Source: Octopus vulgaris (Eukaryota). Taken from it: 64,000 nt of DNA. Where the stretch lies: assembly GCA_951406725.2 (NCBI GenBank), contig OX597821.1, positions 47,492,001 to 47,556,000 of the forward strand. The letters run 5' to 3'. The position numbers and the translations under genes are program-made. This document shows positions 24,255-37,979 of the stretch, one piece after another; position 1 is the first letter of the stretch, and every line of letters starts with the position of its first letter. The notes below the pieces were generated by a model that saw only the letters and a list, made by a program, of their open reading frames with translations, was not told where the DNA came from and did no database searches.

Positions 24255-25562
24255 TAACTTTTGTTGTTTAAATGTGCGTGGTTTGAGTTCGAAATGGAAG
24301 CAGGCGTGTTTCCTCGACGATCTCAGATTATATGATATACATGTAATGGACAGTCTACAAACCTTCTCACCTCTCCGTAAAGGCTTGGCTCTGCAGACAA
24401 GTACAGTCTATGTGGACCCTGAAGGTGGGCTAGTCGTCCTTTATGTGACATACAGCAGTAAGGCCTTCAGGTTGATCGGACTCTATGCACCTTGTGCTAG
24501 AGGTTTCCAAACTGATTTTTGTCGGCGCCTAGAGGGCTTTCTCGTGACGTCGAAGACATTAGTGGTATTAGGGGACTTTAACGCTATCGTTGACGCACGC
24601 ATCGATAGTGTTGCCTCGACCGATAGAAAAGTGAACTCACGTCTTGTGGATCTGCTTAAGCGTTTTCAGCTGGCAGATCGTCACAGACTAGACCGTCCGA
24701 ACGTCCCAGAGTGGACTTTGATGAGTAGTGACGCAAGGTTCAAGTCTTATCTAGATAGGATAGTGATAAGAACTAGAGATAAGTCTAGTTTTAGTTGTCC
24801 ACAGCTTGTCCAGGTGTCCTACACTGACTGTAGAATGGTCAAGTGTAGACTGGACATAGGTAACACACTTAAGATAGGACCTGGCTACTGAAAGCTGAAC
24901 AAGTCTATTTTGACTTGTGAGGCATACTGTAGCCGGATTAAGGAGTTAGTGCAGCGGGCGTTAACTGGAGCCGTGGTTAATAACCGGTGGTGGTTCGCCC
25001 TCAAAAGAGCCATTCGATTCGGGTCCATTAGGTTTAGTAAACAACTAAGACTAGACAGGGCTAGAATAGAAGGGCAACTAGTTTAGAACTTAGAGGAGGC
25101 GTTGAGGTTGGGCTCTGCATCTCACATTTTGACGGCGAGAACGGCATTAGACTGTCACCTCAAAGCCAAACATGAGAGGTGTAGAGTTTGGGCTAAAGTG
25201 TGAGCATTGGGCTGTGAGGGAATTAATGTTGCTGGATGGGCCCGTACGATAGAAACCCAGTGTGGCAACGATTCCACAATTAGGTCTCTTGTTGACGAAA
25301 ACGGATGCACGGTCAAGGAGCGGGTCAAGATGTGTGAGGCGCTTTACAGGCACTTCGCCAAGTTGTTTGGGAGGTGAGGCCCTTAGGGACTTCCTGTCTG
25401 GTGGCCCGCATCTCTCGGCTTGAGAGGCTGAATACTGTGAAGGGCCAATCACAGCCGAGGAAGTAATCGAAGTGTTGGGCGAGTACCCCGGGGAAAAGTC
25501 GCCAGGTCTCGATGGTCTGCCCTATGAGTTTTATAAAAGTATGCCAGACTTGTTTGGGCACC
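24255..25562 (+). mobile_element. L1/Tx1-type LINE ORF2 fragment (APE endonuclease to start of RT)
   Basis: CLNVRGL, LIGLYAP, VLGDFN, SYLDRI, GPGY*KLN, KSPGLDGLPYEFYK. Confidence 0.85.
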
Positions 25563-28526
25563 TGAAGGAGTTGATTAAAATTGGCAATAATGTAATAGAT
25601 ACGATAAAATCAACAGCAATAGAACCACTAAATATAACATTGCTAAACCAACTAGCCTATGCTACATCTGCAGTTATTACTGAAGCAAAAGGCATAAAAC
25701 TAAAAAAGAAAACTGCTCAACAGAAGAAAAGACAACCAAAATGGAAAGATAACCTAGAAAAGGATATACAATGCAAGAGAGGTGACCTATCAATACTGAC
25801 CGAAATAAGTAACGGAAACTAGGTCAACCAAAGAAAAGCCAAGAAAATATGTAAGAAGCATGGGATCAAACAAAAAAATGAAATACCTGAAGCAAAAGAA
25901 AACCTAAAGTAAAAAATCTAAGCAAAGGCAAAACAACTGTCACGATATATAAAGTGAAGCAAAAAATCTAAACAAAACAAATTATTTAAAGAAGATGGAA
26001 AGAAATTTTACAGGGAACTCGGTAAATAACAAATAAATGTTGAGCAACCACCAAAGAAAGAGGATATGGAAAATTTCTGGAGTACGATAAGGGAAAATGA
26101 AAAACAACATAATGAAGATGCAGACTGGATTAAGGAACAAGAAACACTCCTGGAAAATAAAGAAGTACAGGAATGTGAAGATATTCAAAAGGAGGAGGTC
26201 ATCCTGGCCCTGAATAAGCCACAGGGAATAGATCGAGTACCAAACTTCTAGATCAAACAAGTTGATATAGATAGAGATATGTTATCAGCATACAACGAAG
26301 TCATGAAAAATCCAGAAAATAGCCCAGACTGGTTGACACGTGGAGTGACATTCCTAATACCGAAAACAAATGACACAGAAAACCCAAAGAACTGTAGACC
26401 AATCACCTGTCTACCAGCAATGTATAAAATATTAACATCTGTAATCACTAAAAGAACATACACATTCCTAGAAGAAAAAAAAAATCTACTACCACCAGAA
26501 CAAAAAGGTTGTCAAAGATGGAGCGATGGATGCAAGGACCAATTGCTGATAAACAAAATGATCCTTGAAGACTGCAAAACCAGGAAAACGAGCCTGAGTA
26601 CATCATGGATCGACTATAAAAAGGCGTTCGATAGTGTACTTCACTCATGGATTCTGAAAGTGATGGAAGAATCCCCAACCCTCATCAAGTTTATGAAACA
26701 CAGCATGAATACACAGGAAACTACGTTGCTGCTGAACCATTCCAGTGGATCAATAACAAGCAGACCAATCAAGATCAAAAGTGGTATCTTCCAAGGGGAC
26801 TCGTTGTCACCCTTCATATTCTGCTTGGCACTGGCACCATTAAGTACCATGCTCAACAAAACCGGGAATCGATATGAGATCAAGAAGAAAAAAGGGAGTC
26901 ATCTGTTCTACATGGATGATCTGAAAATGTACTCAAAAAAATGATGAACAACAAGAAAGTCTACCTGCTATGGTTAAAAAGTCCAGTGATGATATCAAGA
27001 TGCAGTTTGGACTGGAGAAATGTGCAAAAGCCTCTTTCATAAGAGGCAAACTGGCATGTTCTGTGGGTATCCACGTAGATACAGAAGCAAGAATCCGAGC
27101 ACTGGACCAGGAAGAAGCATATAAATAACTTGGCATAGATGAAAGTAATGGCATAAAACATCCAGCAATGAAAGATAAGATTAGAAAAGAGTACTACAGG
27201 AGAGTATGGTTAGTAACAAAAAGTGAACTCAATGCTGCAAACAAAATAGAAGCCATTAACACTCTTGCAGTACCAATTGTAGCTTACAGTTTCAACATAA
27301 TCAACTGGCAGATGAGCGAAACAAAGAAACTAGACTCCAAGATCAGAAAACTACTAACCATGGCTTGAATGAACCACCCCAAAATAGACATGAACAAGAT
27401 GTATTTACCAAGAAGCATGGGAGGAAGAGGACTAACTCAATTAGAATTATCTTACAAAACCACTGCTGTAGGATTAAATACATATCTTGAGCTGTCAAAA
27501 GATCCTCTAATGAAGCTTGTGAACCAGCATGATAAAGTAAAGAAGCTATACTCGGTATACAAAGAATCTGTACAGTTAAAGAAACAACTGATGATGGAGG
27601 AACCTAGAATGAAGGTGAGTGAGAAAGTAACTGAGTTCGCTAAAAGAGTTAAAGGAAGAAATGAAAAAAACAAGCCCAGAAGAAGAGCAAAGAAGAATGG
27701 CTAGAAAAACCGATGCATGGCTGATACCCAAGTAGAGTGAACAAACCAGATGTAGAAAAACGAGACACTCATGAATGGATGAAGAGCTCAGGACTGAAGG
27801 TTGAAACCGAAGGTTTTATCATAGCAGCACAAGATCAAAGCTTGGCAACCAGGGCTTACCACAACAAAATAATGAACGATGGCACTGAGCCGAAAATGCA
27901 GAATGTGTCATGAGCAGAATGAAACCGTGGACCACATCTTAACTGGATGCACAGTGCTTGCAAAAACCGAATATATTCATAGACATGATAGAATAGCACA
28001 ATATATCCATTAAAAGATATGTAAACACTACCAACTTCCAACTTCAGAAAGATGGTACCAGCATAAACCTGAAACTGTGACCGGAAAAGATGATATAACA
28101 GTACTCTGGGACATGCCAATCAACACCGATAAAGAAATCAAGGCAAACAGGCCGGACATAATCATCAAAGATGGGAAGAATAAGAAATGCTTAATGATAG
28201 ATGTGACAGTACCATCAGAGAGAAATGTGTTCATTAAAGAAGTTAAGTACAAAGACCTAGAAATAGAAGTGACCAAGATGTGGGGAATGAAAAGCAGCAT
28301 AGCACCAATGGTGATTGGAGCGTTAGGGCTAATTAAAAAGGGCCTTGATAAGCAGCTCAACAACCTCCCTTGCAGTGTTAATGTGAGAGAACTTCAGAAA
28401 ATAGTGTTACTAGGTTCCGCACACATTTTACGCCGTGTACTCTCCATGAGATGAGGACCTGCTGTAACTCTAGGGTCAAGGGATGATCCCAGTTCAGCAG
28501 AAGACAACAGACCATATTTTATTTTA
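25563..28526 (+). mobile_element. R4/Dong-type non-LTR retrotransposon (RT + CCHC + restriction-like endonuclease), decayed, ending in (TAA)n
   Basis: RPITCLPAMYK, WIDYKKAFDSV, GIFQGDSLSP, YMDD (~26909), YLPRSMGGRGL, CRMCHEQNETVDHILTGC (~27897), ANRPDIII...IDVTVP, KYKDL, IGALG. Confidence 0.9.
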
Positions 28527-28558
28527 AAATAATAATAATGATAATAATAATAATAATG

Positions 28559-28599
<41 letters not shown>

Positions 28600-28616
28600 A
28601 TTAATAATAATAATAA
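28527..28616. repeat. (TAA)n tract at the 3' end of the R4/Dong element
   Basis: Direct sequence; Dong elements are known to target TAA repeats. Confidence 0.9.
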
Positions 28617-28800
28617 CATCGAAAAATACCTTAGGAATGAGAACCCAGGTTAAAAATTTCCCTAAGACACCTGGTGAAGGCTGATGAAGGTATATCAGCT
28701 GAAATGTTATGTTAACAACAAACAAGATGAGGACAAATATCTATCAAATGTAAATAATGTAAATAATGTACATAATTCCTCATCTTTTAAATATAGAACA
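28617..28800 (+). mobile_element. Small element with degenerate hammerhead (28666-28713)
   Basis: GACAC-CTGGTGA-A-GGCTGAT...ATCAGCT-GAAA-TG-TT-ATGTT. Confidence 0.55.
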
Positions 28801-29807
28801 GTATTATCCAAATAAGTCACGTAGGGAAAAGATTGCATAGAAATGTCCAATGGGAAGGCATGGTTATATTTGAATTAAGATATGACCTGACAGTTAGAAA
28901 CAATACTTAGTGTGGTGTATATTTGAAAATTTTAATACATGTGAATGAAGTTAAACTAGAGGAGATAGTGTATAAAGAGCTCCTATATTGTTAATGTAAA
29001 CAAGTGTTATAGAGGCAAAACTGGATTAAAGAGAGAATAAGATTTGTAGAATGGACTATTGTTTGCATAAGAACTAATATTCGTTAGTATGTGTTAAATA
29101 TAAGGTAGAAAAATAAGTAAAAACAGAAAAGTAGTTGTTAATATTACAATTATATAGTAAATACTGACTATGATTACAAAGATGAAGAAAGAGGGATTTA
29201 TTACTGGATGTTGAATTATAGATAAATAACAATGTAGGAGAGATAAATGAGCTGGGGATGAAAAAAGAGAAAAGAAGTTTTAATTCATATATAACTATGT
29301 TTAAGTATAAATAAAAATTAAAATATTAGGTAAGGAACTAGCTTGATATAATGTACGAGGGATATATAGTGGTATTAGATTCATATTAATATTCAAGTAA
29401 TAGAGGAGAATTGTACATTATGAATATAAGAGAAAGTACAAGTTTAGAGGTGAACAGAAGTATACAAAAAAAATTTATACACAATGTCCTATAAAAACTT
29501 ATGAGGAAAAAATTGTTAGTATATTTATATATACATGAGTTGAGGAATATCTGCACATTAGTATACATAGATATAGGAATTCCAGTTATTTTTTATTTGA
29601 GAATACATAAAGGGACACCATATAAGAGTATATATACTCATACAGGTGCAAAGAGCGAAAAAAAAGGCACACATACATATAAAAAAATAATAGTCTATAT
29701 ATATGTGTGTGTTTGCAAAACATACGTATATGCACACACATTCATATTAAAAAATACATTGTTGCTCTATGGTATTATATATATATATATACATGTATAT
29801 GTATGTA

Positions 29808-30250
29808 TATCTATCTATCTATCCGCTCAGTCGAAGTCGACTCTCGGTTACTCGTTGGATCAGTGTCCTCCAGTCAGTTCTATCCTGGGCGGCTTCTTTT
29901 AGATTAGCTATGTCCATTCCGGTATCACTCTTGATGGTGTCAAGCCAGTGGGTTCTTGGTCGGCCTCTTCTTCTCTTGCCACTGACCATTCCAAGCATGA
30001 TGTCCTTCTCCAGGGATTTTTTCTGCATAATATGACTGAAATATGCCAATCTATGCTTGGTGATCCTGGCTTCTAGCGACATTTTCGGCCTGATCTGCTT
30101 AACTTCTCCATTGGTGAGCCTCGCTGTCCATGGAATCCACAAAAGTCTTCTCTAACGCCAAAGCTCGAATGCATTAATTCTCTTCTGGTCAGCTTTCTTT
30201 AGTGTCCAGGTCTTGCATCCATATGTTGCTATTGGGAAGACAATTGCATT
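29808..30250 (-). mobile_element. RTE (BovB-like) LINE 3' end with (GATA)n tail
   Basis: IPWTARLTN...RLAYFSHIM...SLEKDIMLGMVSGKRRRGRPRTHWLD...DRTDWR. Confidence 0.9.
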
Positions 30251-30949
30251 CAACAATCACCAATATGTATGTATATACATATGTATATGTGTATGTATAT
30301 ACATATGTATATGTGTATGTATATACATATGTAAATGTATATACATATGTATGTACATACATTTGTTTATATGTATGTATATGTATACATGTATATACAT
30401 GTATATATGCTTATATGTATGTATGTATATGCATATGTTTATATATATATGTATATATATGTATAGGAATAGCTGTGTGGAAAGTGGAGTGGCTACATGA
30501 CTTTCCAAAAGGCAGACTGCAAAGGAAACACAAATAGTAAGTTACATTCCACAGGGCTCTGTCTTTTACCACAAGAATTTTAAAGATCTACTGTCTGAAA
30601 TAAGGACACATTACAGCTAGATACTTCTAAAAGACAGTATGGTAATGGTTGTGATGGCTTTCCTTTTAGATCTACTCAGTCAAGGTGAAACTGGGTTTAA
30701 GCATTACAACAATATCTTAGGTTACCTTGCTAGATATGTGGATGATGGGTAATGATTTCCTCAGCAATAAACTTCATTATTTGCAATGCAGCATTTAATC
30801 AATACAGCCTGCCTGAGCTTTTGAAAGAATGATCTAAACTCAGAATTAGCCTGCCTTAGGGCCCCTTCCACTAATGATTAAACAGCATCATTTTTTTTAT
30901 TAACTAAGACCACAAATGACTAACTGGGGTATCTTTTCCAGCAACACTT

Positions 30950-31900
30950 TCTGTATCTCCTTGTGTGTAAAGTTTTGTATAATATCTGAAATCAATATTT
31001 TGACTGAGTTCTGATTCAATGTAGGGTTGAGCTAAGGCCAACAGATAACTTTGAGATAGGATTGCTCTGAAATAGATCCTTATCCGTTTAAACTTAATGA
31101 ATGAAAGTTTTGTTGAGTCTGTAGTTGTGGACACCATAAGAAACATCTAGAATGATTCACAATTATATTGGGATGGTGTTATCCAAATTTTAGTTGCATA
31201 TTTTTTGTTGAGTAAATCTCTCAGTTGCAATATCCTATAGTTTCCATGTCAATAAATTCATTTGACAAATCTTGGTCATTTATAACAGCATTTGTACATT
31301 TCTGCAAATGACACCTATTTTGTGGTCAAAAGTTCTTTTAATATAGGCATACACTACAAGTGGAATTAGAAAATATAGTAAATTTGATTTGCAGCTTCAA
31401 ATATTCTTGTGAGATCACCATTTATTGAATTGGCAAAAAATGCTGGTCTCAAGTAATGATTCTGCTTATGTCTCAGGATCCTTTATCTGGCTTTTATCAC
31501 TTGATTACTTCTCATTAAGAAAAATCTTTTCCTTTCATTTGCTGCAAGTTAAATTTCATTTTTCAAGCTGTTAGTGGCATATTTTGGTCTGTTGGCACAA
31601 AGTGAAATGGACGTCACACTTTCAATAGAATTTTGACAGGCATTTTGGTGTTACCCACATCAATATCAACTGTGGCATCTGTTACTCTTATCATGTCCCT
31701 TGAAGCCAATACAAATTATCCCATTGATTTTGTGAAAATGTAAATATTTATGAACATTTTCTGTGACACATTTAATTTGTATACAGAAAAATATGAATTA
31801 TATATTCATAGACAAATTTACAAACTCTTTGCCTTGATTATTGCTATAGGTCAAGATTTGAAATATCCTTTGCTTTAATTCTGTACAATGTGAAACCCTG
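30950..31900 (-). mobile_element. hAT transposase remnant (C-terminal dimerization region)
   Basis: FLMVSTTTDSTKLSFIKFKRIRIYFRAILSQ..L.ALA...IESEL..IDF resembles the hAT ERSFS.LK.IK.YLRS.M.Q motif; upstream extent uncertain. Confidence 0.6.
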
Positions 31901-32499
31901 TATTTTTAAATCACATGTTACATAATTATTATAGCAATGTTCCACCAGTCAAAATGGAAGAGGTAATATCTTTTTGTGTGTAGGAAATAAAAGTCAGCAT
32001 TATGTATAAATTCATAGTTGTTATATAAAAGATCATTCTATTGATTTCCTACATATTCCTTGATCATGCCAGTGTAGAGAATAAGAAAATATCTGGAGTG
32101 TATAAGGAATTCAGAATCAAGCGAGAAATGAACAAAACTACAAATGAAAAATATCATTACTGGGTATAGGTATCATTTCTAAAATGTAAACCAATCAACA
32201 GGCGATGAACCTGCCCTTGAACAAACTGACTTCATCTAAAATGTCAGATTGAAATTGCTGTCCAAGAACCATCTACAGTGGTCAAATAAATTACACTGGA
32301 ATGGAACAGAATATCACAAACATAAAACAAAGCCGTGAGAAAGCATATATTGATGACATACAAGATTGATATGATATTGGAACTTTAATAGAAAGAACTG
32401 CAGAAAACGTTGAATAATGTCTTAAATAAGTGATAGTGAACAGCAATGTTTTCAGTCAGTAATTTTAGACAAGAATAACAATCAACAGCTCTCTGATAT

Positions 32500-33460
32500 T
32501 TGATATTCCAAACTGGTTAGTATGGAGTATGAAGCCATATTTTGCTTACTATGTTGACTATTTGGAAAATACAGAGTAAATACATCAGATTTGACTATAA
32601 AGAATGGATAGAGAAAGTTATGCCACGGAATTTCTTTGGTATAAACATAATAACCAGCATAAATTGAATTATGTATCATAGAGAGAGTTCCAACAGAATA
32701 TTTATTCAAACAGATGCATGTAACATTTTCTACATAGACAACCTGTAATTAAGGAGACTAACTGATCTAATATTTTATGTAATTTAATTTACACTATTTC
32801 ATACTTTGGTGAAAGGGAATTAGCATTCCATGGTACCTCTCATCTGATTGGAGATGTTCACAATGGTAACTTCCTTGAGCTGGCTGAACTTTTGTCTTAC
32901 TGAGATCCCATACTTGACTTTCCTTGACATTTCTGACCTATACCAAGAAGGTGAAAGAAAGCCAGGAAAATGGAGAAATGTTGCATGTACATGGTTTTCC
33001 TGTTGAATCACTAAGTAAAGTTATTTCTCTTTGGTCTTATCTAATTTTGGAATACATACTCCCAAAAAAGATCAAAGCTAAAATGCTATCCATTTACAGT
33101 TGATGCAACACCTGATACCACACAATTTTAAACATACAACATTTATTATACTTTACCTCTAATGTGTAGATTGTGAATTTACGACTCAGGAGAGATTGAT
33201 ATCTTTTGAAGATTGATATGAGAAAATAAGTTTTGAGATAACAAACCTAATAAAAGAAACATTAAATAAAAATAGTTATTCTTTAGGAAGATTGTGTGGG
33301 TCAAGGATAAGACAATGGTACTAATATGGCAGTCAAGTGGAAGAGAATATAAATGGTATTATTTAATGAAAATTCTTTTGCTATTTTCACACCATGAATT
33401 GTGTGGCACCTGTATTGAAATGGTAACTGTTTGGGAACTATTGAAAGTGTCTGTAATTTC
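32500..33460 (+). mobile_element. hAT (ZMYM1/Tip100-like) transposase remnant
   Basis: WLVWS..AIFCLLC*LFG (TTF-type finger), NGNFLELAELLSY*DP, TVDATPD, GQG*DNGTNM. Confidence 0.75.
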
Positions 33461-33516
33461 TTTCCCTGAAATCCAAAAAGATGGTGAGTTCTTCTTAAAC
33501 ACAGACACAGACACAG

Positions 33517-33576
<60 letters not shown>

Positions 33577-35261
33577 GCATGCGTGCGTGCATTGGAGATG
33601 TTAAGTAAACAAGAACATTGAACCAGATGAGATAAGTTTCATAAGAAAGAAGATGTATATTTAATAACTCCTGTTACTTTATTTGTGGTTTTGGAGTCTG
33701 ATTAAACTTCAGAACAACCTGTAGATCCAATTTGATGCCACTGAGATTTACATTTTGTTTGACCAGGGTGTGTAATTAAGGCTAGTTCAAGCAAGAATCA
33801 AGAGATGATCATGCTCTTGAAAACAACTTTAAGTAAATGTCATTGAATATTTGAATGAGAATGTCTTTGAATGTCTCATTTTGGTACCACACATGAGTCA
33901 GCAGATCACAGCATAAAAGTAAAAGAAAATTAAATTAAATAAGCATGTTTTCAAAATAGGAGAAATAGATCTGCTTAAACAATTCCTCAATTAATTCAAC
34001 ATGTATCTAGGTTAGTGAAAACTGAAAGTGAATTAATTCCATTCTATGTAATCAGTTTCTGGTGTTTGTGCATAATGAGACTGCAAAGGTCAACGGCTAG
34101 ACTTGTCTACTGTCAAGTCTTTGGTGTCTAAAGCCAGTCGCATTTTCTGTTTAGAGAAGCAAAAAAATGGCTCAGCAATTACTTGTCTCTGAATTACTTA
34201 AATTTCTGATTGGGTAAAATAACACCTGTGATGAAACAGTGAAATAAATATGGCAATAGTGAAACAGAGACTTTACATGTAAAATTCTTACAGAAAAGGG
34301 TTGCATTGACAGCGATGTAGTTTTTAGATCAGCATATTGGATTGACTTTGTCGAATATTCTATAATAAATAGGAATTACTTTGTGTGTGTCTCTGGCTGG
34401 AAGTGTGGAGAGAGAGGGAATGATAAGAAGAGTGTATATGGTTGTATGTGTCTGAGTATATGCACATGCATGTGCGTGTTCAACAATAAGAGAAATAAGA
34501 TGGAAAGAATATTCAAAAGAGGGATGCAGGGAGGGGAAGAAGAGGAGTTGAACAGTAGAATAGTGGTGATGATGATGCGTAACACCTCTCACTGTATATA
34601 CATATATGTTATTGTATAACACATCACTGATGATGAGCTAGCATTAATGTACATCGTTGTTTCATAACAATGTACTGACTAATGACTTCTGTTTGAGTGA
34701 TCAATCAATATGATCAAGTTTATGTCAGTGCCATATCAGAGTAACGATAAACATGACTAATGATATATGAAGTTGGTCAGTTTAGCAGAATATAGCCTGC
34801 TGTCTAGTTACAAAATGTTTTTGGAGAATTATTTATTGGTGACTAGATCACTTGTGTACCTCATAGTAACACTCCACTTACTTGAACCTCCAATCACCCC
34901 TTTCTCATCTTGCTAGATTAACTGCCAAATCGCCTTCAAACTGTAAAGTATAGAAGCCATCTTATCATGGCTAACCACATTGGGGAGGAGGTGTTACTGT
35001 AGCTTTATAGCCCCAAGAGATCTTCATCTCTAGCTGGCTTTAGACGCAATATCTGTGTCCTTGGAATGGCTTCTATGCTTTACATTATCGAGCGATTACT
35101 GTTTCAATCTCATTCTGAGATTTAATTATGCCGCCTTCAAACTATTTCATACCATCTTAAAAAACTGATTGGATAATTTTGTCTAGGTGGGTCATGGTTT
35201 GAATACATTTGATTATAAATCTGTTCAATCAAAGGTTGGTTGATCTGAGAAAGAACAACAA

Positions 35262-35294
35262 TAACTACTACTGCTGCTGCCGCTACTGCTACTG

Positions 35295-35350
<56 letters not shown>
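35262..35350. repeat. (CTA)n microsatellite
   Basis: Direct sequence. Confidence 0.95.
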
Positions 35351-36334
35351 GTTCCACACCACCACAATGACTTACTACTCTGCAATCTTTATCTTTGTTT
35401 CAACTGCCTGTTACTCCTCAAACCCACCACCAAAACACTCTGCTGAACCTCCCTAATCCTCTCCATGATCATCTCGATCCAAGTGTATCTCAATTTTGTG
35501 AAAGCTGAACATCAGCAACTTTAAAATCTAATCAGTGTGGGAAGAGAGGGCCTGCATAATTATAAATGTTACTGTTCTTCATCTTCCCAGTAAGGAATGG
35601 AAATTATGAACACATACACACATACAATATACACAGAGACACACACTCACACATGCAACATACACAAGCTGTTGAGCCAACAAAAGTGGCTCTATGTGGT
35701 CACTTGTTCTGATAGGAGTAGTAGTCAAATCTACAATTTAACATATTAAAAAGGGAAAGGCACTGTGTTTAATGTAGTTCTAGATATACAGAAAGATGAG
35801 ATGATCATGGCTGGAGTGTCTTTCAACTAGGCTGATCTAAGACTCAACAACAACAATATGTATAAACATAGGCAAATATAAATTGCATGTAGGGACACAG
35901 TATTTCGTTTTACAAATATAATTTACTACTAAGTATATTAAAGATTTATAAGCCAATAATGTGTCCTACTTTTGTGTTAGCAGTGCTTTGCTTTCATCTT
36001 TAAGTTTATCTCTACTGTTCTGTTAGCTAATGAAGTTCATAAGATAATTGTTTATTCCTTGGTCATCTCATTTTGTATATGTTCACATTTCTGGTGCATC
36101 TCCAGGCCTGGAGATGTTGCTGTTACCACCGGTGTTGCTGAAGCTACCATCAGTGCTGTTGTCATGGGAGTTAGGTGGTGATGGTGACCTTGGTGTGAGT
36201 GGTGGTGGCTAGTACTAAGGATGTGTAGTCAGGTTGCCAGTGGCCAGTGGCTTGAAATTTACCAGAAGGATGAACTTCTGGTGACAGCAATACGATACCT
36301 CATATTTCTTGTTGATGGATACAGCAGATTAAAG

Positions 36335-37666
36335 CCTAGACACCAAAAGCTACTCAATTATTGTTGACCCTACACCTGACATGACATATGTTGACCAGCT
36401 GGTTATTGTCGCTTGATACTGTTATAATAGAAAGCCCTGTGAGATATTTTTTTAGCATTTTTGCAGGTAGAAAACCATTCATCCACAACCTTATTCAACA
36501 AAATAATACAATTTCTGGTGGAGTATAAGCTTTCACTTGAAAATATCTGTGATCAATCGTATGATAATGCTTCCAGCATGAAGGACTCAGAGAAAGGGCT
36601 GCAATCACTTCTTAAAAACATTAACAGATATGCAGACTATGTACCATATGCAAGCCATTCATTCAGCCTTGTTGGAGAAAAGGCTGTGTCTAGTGTACCT
36701 GAAGTTGTTTGGCATCTTGCGGCAGCTATATGTTTTCTTTTCTGAATCTCCTTGAAGATGGAGGATTTTAATCACACAGGGCAATCTAGCCTTTTCTCTA
36801 AGGAGCTTAAGTGTAGCTAGATGGTCTGCACACTATGAAGCAGTCCGGGCAATTAAAAATGATATAGGGATATTTTACACACTCTCAAACACATGTTAAG
36901 CGAAATGCAAAAAATTTGTGCCACAAGTAGGTAAAACTGGAGTATATTGTTTTAATAGACATTTGGGAAGAAGTGAATCAGTAGGCAAAAGGTTTATGTG
37001 AATATATCACCTCAAATTATTCTAATGTTTCTAAATGCATTGTGACAAAGAAATTTGCAGATGGAACAAGTGATAGGGCTTCTTTGAAAGGGGCTGAAAA
37101 GTTTAGGATAGAAGTTCTAAAATCAAGTCTATGACTGCTTGATAATCCAGTTAAGCAAGAGGATAGAGCCGTATGAGCAGATTGCGAAAAGGTACAAGTT
37201 TCTCTCAGAATTAATGAACAATTCAGAATTTGATGAGAACAGTATCAAACTTATAATATTGCATTACAAAGACAATATTGACTACAAATTAGTAAAAGAG
37301 TGTTATCAGTTCAAAGTGTATTTACACCTTTGGAAATCCCGGAACACAGAAGAAAACACAGCATCTAAAATGCAATGCACAGAGGTTCTTCAGCTTATTT
37401 ATGAGCAACAATTAAGTGACGTGTCCCCTAATATTACCACTGCACATAAGCTGTGCTTGACAATGCCTATCACAAGCTGTGAAGCAGAAAGGAGTTCCTC
37501 AAAGCTTTCCTTTGAAAAGAATAAATTTTGGTCTACCATGGCTGAAGAGCACTTAAATTCCTTATGCATATTGTCTCTAGAAAATGACATTGCAAGGAAG
37601 CTCTCATATGACAAAACTGTAAGGGAATACGTTGCTACAAAATACAGAAAAAAGAGTATTTTGTAA
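36335..37666 (+). mobile_element. hAT (ZMYM1-like) transposase pseudogene
   Basis: YSIIVDPTPD..VDQL, DQSYDNASSM, YVPYASHSFSLVG, SLSVARWSA, PITSCEAERSSSKL, STMAEEHLNSLCILSLE. Confidence 0.9.
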
Positions 37667-37979
37667 TTTTCATATGTATCTTAATTATAAGATTAATTAT
37701 TAGATTATATCAACTGTAGTATTTGTTATATTTTATGTCTTTATTCTATGATGCATCATTCATGTATATAATGCTTCCCTTATTTATGTAGATGTGTATG
37801 TATACATCTATGTTGATGTGTATGTGTCTGAGGGACTTTTGCATATCTGTGTAAGTGCAAATGTGTGTCTGTGTGTGAGTGTGTGAGTGCACTTCTGTGT
37901 ACGTATAGATGCGTATTTCTGATTGTGTGTGTGTATACATGTATCTAAATATCTTTCTGTCCTTCAATTTATATATATG

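Noticed and set aside
32551-32742. Apparent minus-strand exon with good splice sites
   Set aside because: The plus strand is a recognisable hAT transposase N-terminal finger remnant
34625-34680. C/D-box snoRNA-like motif pair (ATGATGA...CTGA)
   Set aside because: Too short, no terminal stem or recognisable guide sequence
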